Assembly: GCA_030248215.1 (NCBI GenBank)
Contig: JASANG010003984.1
Coordinates: 186,001 to 250,000, forward strand
From: Enoplolaimus lenunculus
Lineage: Eukaryota
Length of the DNA stretch: 64,000 nucleotides
Direction: 5' to 3'
The position numbers and the translations under genes are program-made. A model generated the notes under the pieces. The model was not told the origin of the DNA and made no database searches. It saw only the letters and a list, made by a program, of their open reading frames with translations. Of the stretch, positions 53,301-64,000 are shown one piece after another; positions within the stretch are counted from its first letter, which is position 1; each line of letters opens with the position of its first letter.

Positions 53301-54055
53301 TGCCTCAAAATTAAAAGCAACTCAAGCGTGTATTGAAAATTATTATATTTTCAGGTTAACTTTAGCAATGATGGATGTATCGCAAGGGTGTCCCCACGGC
53401 GAGTGTGTGGGGGGTATTGCGCGTCCTTGCCCCTCCCCCAAGTTTGGCTAGTGCCGACTCCCAAATTGGCTCGGTCTAAAAGTAAACAATCTTGAATTGC
53501 AATTGTAGCGACACCGTCAAATTGTTCGGTGCCCCCCAAATATAATTTTCTGCAGACGCCACTGATCTATCGGAAGCTTAGGAATGTGGGGATGCATCAA
53601 GCTAAAAACATTTTGGACGTCTCATAAATGAGGTTTTGTTGTTAATATGTAAGAAGCTCTTTGTTAGGCCCCGATGGACCCTATTCTAGCAACGTCCTTG
53701 AATATACAGGGTTCGGGCAGCTACCGGTTTAGTCAATAAGCGAACGACAAACAAAAACCCGGGGCCAATGCGGTGACCAAAATAAACCGTTTGGCTCCTA
53801 AAACCATTCGCGGTGCACCAACTTTTTATCGCAGAGATCAATCAGACTATTTTAGATTTCGATAGCGGGTTTGGGACTGTTTGTGGCCAGCCGGTAATGA
53901 ACCAAATAATAGCCCGGGTACGACTTTGGTAGTATACTGGAATAAAAAGCGGGTGGGTTATATTCTGGGGAGGGGGTGTTCATAGGGACACCGACAATTT
54001 TAAAATTTGCCTCAGTTTGAATACTATTTGAATAGCCATTAGATTTTTTAATTAC

Positions 54056-54152
54056 CTTACTGTCATAGCGGTCCGTGGTCTCTAATAATTTCGTGTCATA
54101 TTCAACAGGGCCTAAATTACGGGGTGACGGCACTGGCGACTGTCGTTCCAAC
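54056..54152 (-). CDS. Candidate upstream internal exon (LERQSPVPSPRNLGPVEYDTKLLETTDRYDSK)
   Basis: Acceptor atttgaag|G and donor AAG|gtaatt. 97 nt, phase 2 to 0, compatible with the phase-0 exon at 27861. Lies within ORF 53852-54151. No domain recognised. Confidence 0.45.
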
Positions 54153-54844
54153 CTTCAAATATCTCCACGTTTCTAGTCGAATATTTTATTGAGACAAGAA
54201 TTCTATGGCATATTTCTTGTTCCCCCACGCTGTAAATCCGTCTCTCCCTATACTTACACTTCTTGGTCGAAGTGACAACAGAGATAGAGACCGAGCTATA
54301 CAGACAGGGGGTTATACAAGTAGAGACTAGGGGGGTATACCTCTCAAAGTCTCCCTGACGAGACGAGAAAAAGTGAACTTTTACAGGTTTTAGAACAATT
54401 GTAAAGCGACCAATAATGTTTCTAACTCGCTATAATTGCACAAACAACGTTCCTTTATCGAAAAAAAGTCTCTTGCCAGCAAAAAAACGAGCGTTCAACA
54501 GAATCGTCCTATCCGCCATGAGACGGACCGTCGTACAATTACGTCCCATCGACGTCCGCAATTTCGTTTACAAGATTTATCGTTAATTCTAACAGACTTC
54601 AAACTCGCTAACACCATTTTAATATCTGCTAATTGCCGTTTATTTCGATTCAAATCTAAAACTAGAACCATTCCAAGCTGAGCGTTTTTCATTGTTATTT
54701 TGTGGGTTCAAAAGAAAACAAAATGAACTAATTTGGCGTTGAAACTAAAGTTGCTATCAACTGTAATTGTCTTATAAACTGTCCTATTGAGATTCGAAAA
54801 CGTTTTTTTTCGGGCAGTTTTCAACGAATGGACACATAAATAGA

Positions 54845-55095
54845 AATAAATAAATATATATATTTACATATAGATATATACATATATACATATATATACA
54901 TATATATATTTATAAATATTTATATATCTTTATATATATTTATATATATTTATATATTTTATATATATTTATAATATTTATATATTTTTATATATATTTA
55001 TTATATTTATTTATATTTATATATATTTATAATATTTATATATTTTTATAATATTTATATATATTTATATATATATTTATATATACATATGTATA
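54845..55095. repeat. (AT)n-rich low-complexity tract
   Basis: Directly visible. Confidence 0.9.
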
Positions 55096-56322
55096 CGACG
55101 TGAAATTGTTCACAACACTTCTACACACTTTTAATTCAACTTCAAACTCATACAATGGTCAACAAAATTTTTCCGTTCACTACGTTCGTTCAAAACCGTC
55201 AACATGTGAAATTGATACCCTCATAAGATGAAAAATTCTGGCCCAAATCGCCTGATGTTCAACTGAAACTGATGTACTCCACTGGGACATTTTATCTTAA
55301 CCGCATCCTGTAGTCAAAGCGAAACGGGGTAAACGTGCAGGGCCTTAGCGACCGTTTCCGTTAAGAAATCAAGACGACGCGACGATGAAAGAATTTACAC
55401 AACTGCGTAGAAGTTGTTATGACGTAAGGCGAGATTATTCGAGTAAATAATTGTAATTATGAATAGAGAACATTTTAATTTTTTCCTATTCCGGTTCAAA
55501 TTCATATGTGCAGGATTTTGTGAAAGGGAAAATTGTAAGGAAGGAAGCTTATCATTTTATCACAAAAAATTTCTGACGAACGCCGCTAATTCGCGTTCTC
55601 TAAATACCGCTAGTGCTAATATTACCGGTTTATACGACCAACTGTTTGGTGGTAGCGCTAGTAGATATGAAAATTTTCGCTTGAGGCACAGGTTGCTTGG
55701 AATCAAACTAAATATCAATAAACATGCCGCAATTGCTGGCGCCCCAACAGTCACTAATCTATACTATTAAATCAAGAACGACTAACATACGTATTTTGGG
55801 ATCTGTTCCAACAGATCATTGTTTGCGTTACGCATGCAAATTAATACTCTATGCATTGAGAATACCTGTCGTTTCGGATATGTGTTATCTGCAAAGCATT
55901 ACAGTTAAACAGTTATTTTTAACTTCGTTCACTTAATACGAGTGGCCCAGATAACAATTTAGCCTACAGCCGGACAAGCTTTAGTCCAGTTGCACATGTA
56001 TACAACTACGTGTACTCTCGTTTATATTGAGTAGCAGATGAAATTCAGTTCAAAATCATGAAAATAATTTTAGTTCCGTTTTTCAGACAAAAAATCAGTT
56101 TTATTTTCACGTTAATACCGTACGTAACTGAACAGAGCTTAATATAATCATACAGAAACTGTTGCATGGGTACAGATACAACCTAATTTCCAATCAATTT
56201 TCAAAATTACCATATCCTATAGCAAACGAACACGTCTCATCTAAAATCGACTCTATTCAACGTATTAATACGGGTCGGGTAATATACACAGGTAAAAAGT
56301 AATAAAATTGCCATATAAAGGC

Positions 56323-56512
56323 CAGTGCTGGAGCAGGCAGGGGGTGAAGCTCCACCCAGATTCCAGGGTGGGCGCCCCCATACCTGCGAGCGAGAAGCCA
56401 GACACATTTTAAAACTTTAAGCGGTTTTTGTTTCAACCGGTTAGGGCAGGGTCCCCTTTAGGGGTGGGGAAGCCCCCTAATACGGGGTATGGGGGTGGCT
56501 GCTCCGGCCTTG
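56323..56512 (+). mobile_element. hAT-type MITE family 2 (TIR CAGTGCCGGAGCAG...CTGCTCCGGCCCTG)
   Basis: Perfect TSD ATAAAGGC. Other copies: 2845-2986 (TSD ATTATAGC), 20999-21167, 44801-44999, 48521-48713, and ~61660-61807. Confidence 0.88.
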
Positions 56513-57699
56513 ATAAAGGCTACTACTTGACTCTATCATATATATATATCGCGTCAGGACCGTATGCAAAAAAGAGATAACGAAATATATCTCCCGAAAA
56601 TTGTACCAGGGATAGAGGGCATATATATCCTACCGGAAATTTCTTGAAAAACTTGAAAAAAACCACTTACAAGCTGTATAATAACTTGAATAGGTCAAAA
56701 AAAATTGCCGTATCTAACACACTCGCTGGTAAAACACTTTTAGACGTGGTTATTCTGGTTATCGTCTGCGGAAACAAAATCCTGGTATACGCCTTTGATT
56801 ATATACATGGTAAAATATATAAAATGGTACACACATTTATTTCATACAGTTAAAACACCTATAGGATAGCGGTTTCATAGTATTCCGCTGGTTAACTAGA
56901 TGATAGCCTCAGGGGTTACGGCGTACCAGACCATTTTTATTGGAGGCGAGGGGCAACATGAAAATGACTGAAATATTGCGTCTTGCACAAAATTAGCCAA
57001 TCCGTAACGATGATTGAGCAAGACAGTGAGTGTGTGTACCGGTTGAGTGTTTAGAAAATTCTGAACGATTTTGCGACCCCTCTAACATGGATCGTGGAAA
57101 TTTTTTGTCTTAACCCAAATAAGGCTCGTGTGGTTCGAACGAACCGTATTTACGGGGGTACGAGGTCAAATAAATGATAAAATACGTCTGGTACAGTACA
57201 CCGTTTTATTCACACAATGCCAATTTCTCTATTGTCCACTGAGAATTTTGACCCCTTCAAATAATCAGGGTACGAACTTTCATTAAAATATACCGTTAGG
57301 GGGTAAACCTTAATTGACAGTTTAGGCAGATTAGTAGTGAGAGGGTGGCCAGGAGGGGGGCTCAGTACTCCTGGAAAAATATTGTCCCCGTACAATATTT
57401 GAACCTTGCTTGCAAGTCACCGAAAACAATTGTATGCCTCTCATGAAAAATATTTAAGGACCCTGTCTAGCAAGGTAAGCTGGCTACGAGCCTGATTTTA
57501 TTGGGGTGATACGGTTACCAAACCAGCCACAGAAACCAGGAGCTCGCAATTGCACTGATAAGAAGCTGTCACGAATGGTCATAGTAAAAATATTGCAAAC
57601 AGCAGAATACAGCAGAATTTGGAAGTGCAAAGCGTTCTGCAACTCAAAGAACCGCTTTTGCCTTGCTGTACATCCGGTACGGCGAAAAAAATTACCGCA

Positions 57700-58410
57700 A
57701 CGTGATTGGTCAAACGCTTGGGCACTCTCTCACCTCTCTAAATATGTGCTCAGAACGCGATTGGTCAAACGCTTCTCTAAATATGTGCTCGAAATGTGAT
57801 TGGTGAAACACTTACATCGTCTCAAACCTGTCTAAATATATGCTCAGAATGCGACTGGTCAAACGTTTGTCTAAATGTAAGCTCGAAACGTGATTGGTGA
57901 AACACTTACATCGTCTCAAACCTGTCTAAATATATGCTCAGAATGCGACTGGTCAAACGTTTGTCTAAATGTAAGCTCGAAACGTGATTGGTGAAACACT
58001 TACACCGTCTCAAGCCTGTCTAAATATATGCTCAGAATGCGACTGGTCAAAGGTTTGTCTAAATATAAGCTCGAAACGTGATTGGTGGAACACTTACACC
58101 GTCTCAAACCTGTCTAAATATATGCTCAGAACGCGATTGGTCAAAACGTTTGTCTAAATATAAGCTCGAAACGTGATTGGTGAAACACTTACACCCTCTC
58201 AAACCTGTCTAAATATATGCTCAGAACGCGATTGGTCAGACGTTTGTCTAAATATTAGCTCGAAAAGTGATTGGTGAAACACTTACACCGTCTCAAACCT
58301 GTCTAAATATGTGCTCAGAACGCGATTGGTCAAACGCTTCTCTAAATATGTGCTCGAAACGTGATTGGTGAAACACATATGCCCTCTCTAATCTGTCTAA
58401 ATATGAGCTC
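57700..58410. repeat. 94-bp higher-order tandem array (~7.5 units of 39+55-bp sub-units, each containing GATTGG or GACTGG)
   Basis: GCTCAGAA recurs at 57748, 57842, 57936, 58030, 58124, 58219 and 58313. Confidence 0.93.
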
Positions 58411-60900
58411 GGGGGACAAGTACCTAGATTCAGCTTCGGGTACATTATGATATAGGGATCGTATTATGTGGTATACATTCAATGGGCAAAATATTTATAC
58501 AAATAGTCAAGCAACAAAACAGCATTTAAAATATTTATATATTTTAGAATAGATTTTTCACTAGCATTAGATTTTAAAAATGGCTCATCGACTCAGGATC
58601 GGATCCAGAATAAATTTAGGACGGAGTTACCCTGTGACACTGAGGTTCACTCTACTATATTGACGTCCGAGTTGAACCGTTTTAGAAGTTTTTGTTTCGA
58701 TACATTTTTTAACTTATACGAACAGGAGTTCATGGATACAAAATGAACCTCAGTTGAATTCACTCCTGTTGTCTGTGTTGTTGCGGCTAAGCCAGCAATC
58801 AGGAGCGTATATACGGGGATTTACAGAGCGTACATATTAGACCCATAGCCAGTACACCTTCTAGAGGGCTAAACATTTTTCGGAGGGACATACAAGGGTT
58901 TTGCGACGACAAACAAGCAAGGTTGAAAGAATTTCTAGGTGGGGCAAAATTCTGCCAGGGGTGCTAAGCCCCCGTGGGTTCCCTCTGCTGGCTACGGGAA
59001 CCATTAATGTCACTTAAATTCGGTGGATGTTGCGACAAATACGCAGTTTTACAGGCGTTAAAATTGAATTCCATAATTTTAGTGAATTTTCTATTTAGAT
59101 CGAACAAAACTGTGAAAACAAAACGAAAAACACACTGTTTTGTGAACGAAAATAATTATTCGACTTACTCAAATGCAAGACTGCGACTGATAATTTCATA
59201 GCTAATCAGTGGCGCAGACAAGGCGAATACGGCATACATTTAAACCCACCCAAAATTTACCGGTACTCCAAAAAAGGTTTTGTTCCAAGCTGTGAAATAT
59301 ATTAAACCTGGAGAGATCAAAGAAAATTTTTTTCGCTCGCTACGTTCGCTTGGAAAACAACTTTATATTATCTTTTTTAGAAATGAAACTTTAAGCTGTG
59401 CCTACTTAGCTAGTAAAAATTTGATTGATTTCAGATTACAAAAACAACTACAACGGAAAACTATCGTGATACCAATACATTATAATGATTTTTGACGGTT
59501 GGCAATTTTAAAAAACTTCTTACACAGATACAAAGAACAACACTTACAGGTCCACGTATAGATCAAAGGCGGAACGTTTTTCTGTGGGACTGCAATTGTC
59601 TAAACTTAAGCTTTAGACTACTTTTTTTGCATAGGCTTATGTTTAGGCTTAGGTATAAGGTCAATGTTACACTTAGATTTAGGTTCAGGCTTAGGTTTAG
59701 GTTTAGGAATATGCTTTTACTACGGCCCAGTTGTATACATTGGCCCATTTTTACACCACCAACCGATACTCAGCCCTGTATGTAGACATAAACATCACCT
59801 TGTATTCTGTCATAAAATGGGGCCCATGTTAAAAAAATTAATTTATACAAATGGCTTCATTTTGGAAAGCAACAGTCGGACCCGTAGCCAAAGGGGTCAG
59901 GGGTGCTCAGCTCCCCCTGGAATAATTTTGTCCCCCCTAGAAAATTTTCAACTTAGCTTGTAAGTCATTGAACACCCTTGTATGATGCCCCTCCTTAAAA
60001 TTTTTAGCCCCCCCCCCCCCAGCAAGGTGAGCTGGATACGGGCCCGGCAACGGCCCAGTACCGGATCCAGCAATTTCAGACGGGATTGCGTGTGATATAT
60101 AACTGTGATGATAACTCGCGAGCGGGAAGCCAAACGTAATTTTAATACTTAATCTTAATACCAAATTGCGGTGGTTCTGATGAACATTTATTGGCTGGCG
60201 TAAAGCCAACGTGGTCACACCCCCTTTGAGCCTGCCGGAGAAATAGACGTTATTCAACGGCGCTTAGGAAGGATTTTATGTTAGCATAAAATTTAGCACT
60301 TAAATATGTGATAAAAGCGAATATATTCAAAAACAACCGGATTTACGAACATCTTATGTATTTGAGAACATAAAAATAAAAAAAACAAACCTAAACTAAA
60401 GCCAAGTTAGTAGAAATATTAGACAACCATAAATTCATTCATGAAGCCAGATCAACCAGAGATAGGGTAAACAACCTTTGGCCCATGTTACTTTAAGGGG
60501 GTCCAGGTTTATGGTGGATCCTTAGCCCATGTTACTTTAAAGGGTGTCCAGGTTTCTGATGGGTCTATAAAAGTGTAAGTTTAGATTCTGGATTATATTT
60601 TTTTGCTTAGACTTCGGCTTAGGCTTAGGAATACGTTTTTGCAACGCTTAGGCTTAGGCTTAGGGTTAGGAATACGTTTAATCTACTGTTACACCCTTAA
60701 AGTAACATTGGCCCAACCTTTTAAGCAGGGTTAAAACTTTTTTCAGGGGAGATAAAATTGTTCAAGAAAAAACGAGTCCTTCCGACCCCCAGGCTACGGG
60801 CCTAAACGGCTCCATGTGTGCCAAATTCTTATCGACTGCTAGAGTGATATTTCCATATTGCAATATTACCACAAATTGCGCTGTAGGCAAACGAGTTCTT

Positions 60901-61006
60901 GTACACTTACCCCCACGCGCTTCTCTTAGTATCAATAGGCTCAGAATTAGGCTTAGGTTTAGAAAAAGGTTAAGCCTTAGCTTTGAACTGTGAGAGAAAA
61001 TGTATA
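60901..61006. mobile_element. TTAGGC-core MITE family C (TIR GTACACTTTYCCCCACA)
   Basis: Short element with a TTAGGC tract. Relatives at ~1830-1889, ~49440-49530, ~51629-51690 and ~52605-52890. Confidence 0.55.
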
Positions 61007-62014
61007 AGAGCCGACATTTGAACTTTGTCTCATACGCATCAGATTTTTCTGCTATTTAGTTTTACCAAACTCAATTTAAGCTTTAGATAAACAATTTGAA
61101 CCGCAAAATTGTTTAGCGTCACACCTCTGGTGAATCTAAATGCATTCTCCCATATATCAGTATGCATAGCATTCCCCTCCTGGTAAAATATAGGATACCA
61201 GTTTCAAAGTGGTTGCAACAATTGCAGCCCCGGCAAGTGCGGATTGAATCCGGTACCTCGTCTAACACCGGACGAGAAAACACACGTCCCAAATTCAAAT
61301 GTTTCTACATACGGCAAAATCTTTAGACTTGAAAGAAAAAATCTTCTACTTGAAACTTTGTATCTTAACAAAAATTATATTAACTAATTTGCGTACCACA
61401 CACATTTATACAAATCACCTGGAACGTTGCCTAAAATACGTATGTGAAGCGTACCAACTTTAATAATATAGATTGGCAAGAATACAATAAACGAAATCCA
61501 ATAGACTTAATAAAAAGTACAGTGAATGGCATAAACCTTCTAATTCGTTAGTCTAAGCTGATAAACCCTAGCGATAAATTGCACGCTTTTTAATACTGAA
61601 CCAGCTGTATTAGTTGGTATTAACCTCAAATATAGCGGATTAGTCGATTTGTATCACAAGCACGGCCGAAACAGCCACCACCCATACCTCCCATTTGTGC
61701 GAGTGCTCGCCAAAGAGGTACCCCCCAAAAAATTTGAAAAATATTTTGATCATCGCAAGGGGCTCAACCCGCATTTCGAGGGGACACCCCAGCCTGCTCC
61801 AGCACTGATTGCAAGCTAACGATATACTGAAGCTAAGGCCGCACGACAAAACCAGAAGAAGAAACCGGAAGTCAGGGAGGCTGTTATCCGAGAAAGTGAT
61901 ACGTAGTTAGGTTTCCGCCATTTGGTTACAACAACATCAGCAAAATTTTCGGCTCGATAATTTTTGTTCTAGAAAGGGCTGCGCTATACTTGACATCCGG
62001 CGCAGTTCGGTGCA

Positions 62015-62218
62015 GTCCGTCACCGCGCGTCAGTCGTACGGCGCCGTCCGTCACCGCGCGTCAGTCGTACGGCGCCGTCCGTCACCGCGCGTCAGTCGTA
62101 CGGCGCCGTCCGTCACCGCGCGTCAGTCGTACGGCGCCGTCCGTCACCGCGCGTCAGTCGTACGGCGCCGTCCGTCACCGCGCGTCAGTCGTACGGCGCC
62201 GTCCGTCACCGTGCGTCA
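62015..62218. repeat. 31-bp tandem array GTCCGTCACCGCGCGTCAGTCGTACGGCGCC (6 perfect units plus a partial) inside a Harbinger-like MITE
   Basis: Period 31; the enclosing TIRs are GGGCTGCGCTATACTT and AAGTATAGCGCAACCC. Confidence 0.95.
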
Positions 62219-62832
62219 CCCCTACGGGTTACGGTCAGCGCCGCACGTCAAAAAAAGTATAGCGCAACCCTGGCCCCATCTCTGTCAGTATATGTGGACG
62301 ATAAGTAGAGGTACAGCACAAATTGCCATACATATGCGCATATACCCAAGGTGCGACCGGATATGAATTTACCGGATACCGGAACCGGATATTGAATTTT
62401 ATACCGGAACAGGACCGGATACTGGATATTGTATGTATATGTTAAAATAATTTAATTTTCCGTTGTATTTTTAGCGTGCTCAAGGTTTTCGTCTGTTATA
62501 AAATTCAACATTACTGCTGATACACGGAACTATTTTAATGCAAAAGTGGGTTTAACTCTCGCTCGCGTAGACAAGTTAAAAGTAGCTGAAGATTATCAAG
62601 ACTTGAACATCTTCACATGCCCAGAAATGTTATCGCAGCAAGAAGTTAAAGGCGCTCACTTGTAAAAAGCTGTTTTATGATATTCGGCACCACAACCATA
62701 AATATCCGGTATCTGGTAGGTTTATACCGGATACCAGAACCGGATACGGATATCAGTTTTTGCCGGATATTAAACCGGAGCCGAATATCCGGTCGCACCC
62801 TGCATATACCGGAATATGAAGTTGTCGCAATC

Positions 62833-62904
62833 GACCACATGGTGTACTGGTAGCATGTTTGACTCCAATCTAAAACGGCCCAGATTCGATTCCCGGCATG
62901 GTCG
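62833..62904 (+). pseudogene. tRNA-like pseudogene or SINE head (Trp-like, CCA)
   Basis: 72 nt: GACCACATGGTGTACTGGTAGCAT...TGACTCCAAT...TTCGATTCCCGGCATGGTCG. A- and B-box-like motifs and a partial acceptor stem are present; the anticodon and T stems are degraded. Confidence 0.6.
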
Positions 62905-63362
62905 TTAACTTTAGGCAAAACTTCGATCATGGGTCGTACAGTGCGTATTTGAATACTCTGCTACCTCAAATATGGTATATCAGTCTAAAATTAGCACTAG
63001 CACAATTAAGGTTCCTTGTCTTGGACCGCCAGACAATCACGAACCGACGAACGAACCGAAGCTTAAAGATATCAAATTCGCTAACGGTTGTTATTCAAGA
63101 AGGTGCACAACTAAAAATAACTTTAACTGCGACACTTAGCAAATATTCAAATAACACACGATTAATCATTTTACTGAAGGTGTCAAAATTGTCGAACTCG
63201 CGTTGTGTTTAAGCTGTTTTATCACTTAATCAGCTGAACAAACACCGTTAAGCGAGCTTCAAATGAGCCATTTGTATCCCGAAATGGCTAACACGACAGC
63301 ATTGATAGGAACCTTACCGGCATCCCACTACATCTGGCTTACATCTAAAATATGATATGCCT

Positions 63363-63530
63363 CAGACCCGTTGCAAGCTCACCTTCCTAGGTGTGGGGGC
63401 AAAAATTTTCAGCAGCGGCATTTAAAGGTTTTCAATGATGCAAGCAGGGTTTAAAATCTTCTAGGGGGGCCAAAATGTTTCCAGGGGGGGCCTAAGTCCC
63501 CCTGCCCTCCCCTACTTCGCTACGGGCCCG
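63363..63530 (+). mobile_element. hAT-type MITE family 1 copy
   Basis: Perfect TSD ATATGCCT on both sides. Confidence 0.9.
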
Positions 63531-64000
63531 ATATGCCTTCACAAGCGGCGCGGAACTAGTTTAAATAGTTGGCGCTAAATATAACTCAAAATATTTTGAA
63601 GAAATTAAAACTCAAGTGGTGATCAAAGCGGGCCCATAGCTATACAGGAAACATTTTGCCCTTCCTAGAAAATTTTCAACCTTGCTTATAAATCATCGAA
63701 AACCCTTGTATGCTCCTCTTGAAAAATTTGTTAGCTTCCCCTAGCAAAGTGAGCTAGCTACCAGCCTGGATCACAGCTAACGTTTCGTAAACCATAAGCA
63801 TAACTCAGACGGGGCCCATATGCTGTCAAATGGTATTACTGTGGACGCTTTGCATCACTTGGTCCACCATCTACAAGACGTAAAACTTCACATTAAGTTC
63901 TATTATCTTTCTTCATAAGCTCATCTGCCTATTTTACCTATACCGACACTAATACCATAGCTAGGACGTTTTCAATTAATAATTGATATCTGGAAGAGAC

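Noticed and set aside
63318..63870. Tiny candidate exons ending in phase 2 upstream of the 54152 exon
   Set aside because: Too short, with no homology cue; indistinguishable from chance splice-like motifs.
1..64000. Autonomous transposase or reverse-transcriptase gene
   Set aside because: No ORF of suitable length or with DDE, RT or Rep-helicase motifs. All elements seen are non-autonomous.

Overview
AT-rich eukaryotic (animal) genomic DNA. No prokaryotic operon, CRISPR array, rRNA or intact transposase is visible. The window lies inside one large minus-strand, intron-rich multi-PDZ scaffold gene (MPDZ/MUPP1/PATJ family, mpz-1-like). I reconstructed 11 phase-consistent GT-AG exons by hand between 27861 and 7508. 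They encode PDZ6, a ~650-aa low-complexity linker, PDZ7 and the 'EEDEYG' motif that precedes PDZ8. One of them is a 21-nt micro-exon. Upstream are a candidate internal exon (54056-54152) and several candidate alternative first exons. The introns are dense with non-autonomous DNA transposons (hAT-type MITEs with 8-bp TSDs, PIF/Harbinger-like, TA-flanked, piggyBac-type, Helentron-like), tandem arrays and tRNA-derived fragments. TTTCAG-type acceptors and abundant TTAGGC repeats suggest a large-genome nematode, but this is inference. Almost all short ORFs in the supplied track are repeat-derived noise. Exon boundaries were counted by hand; repeat coordinates are approximate.
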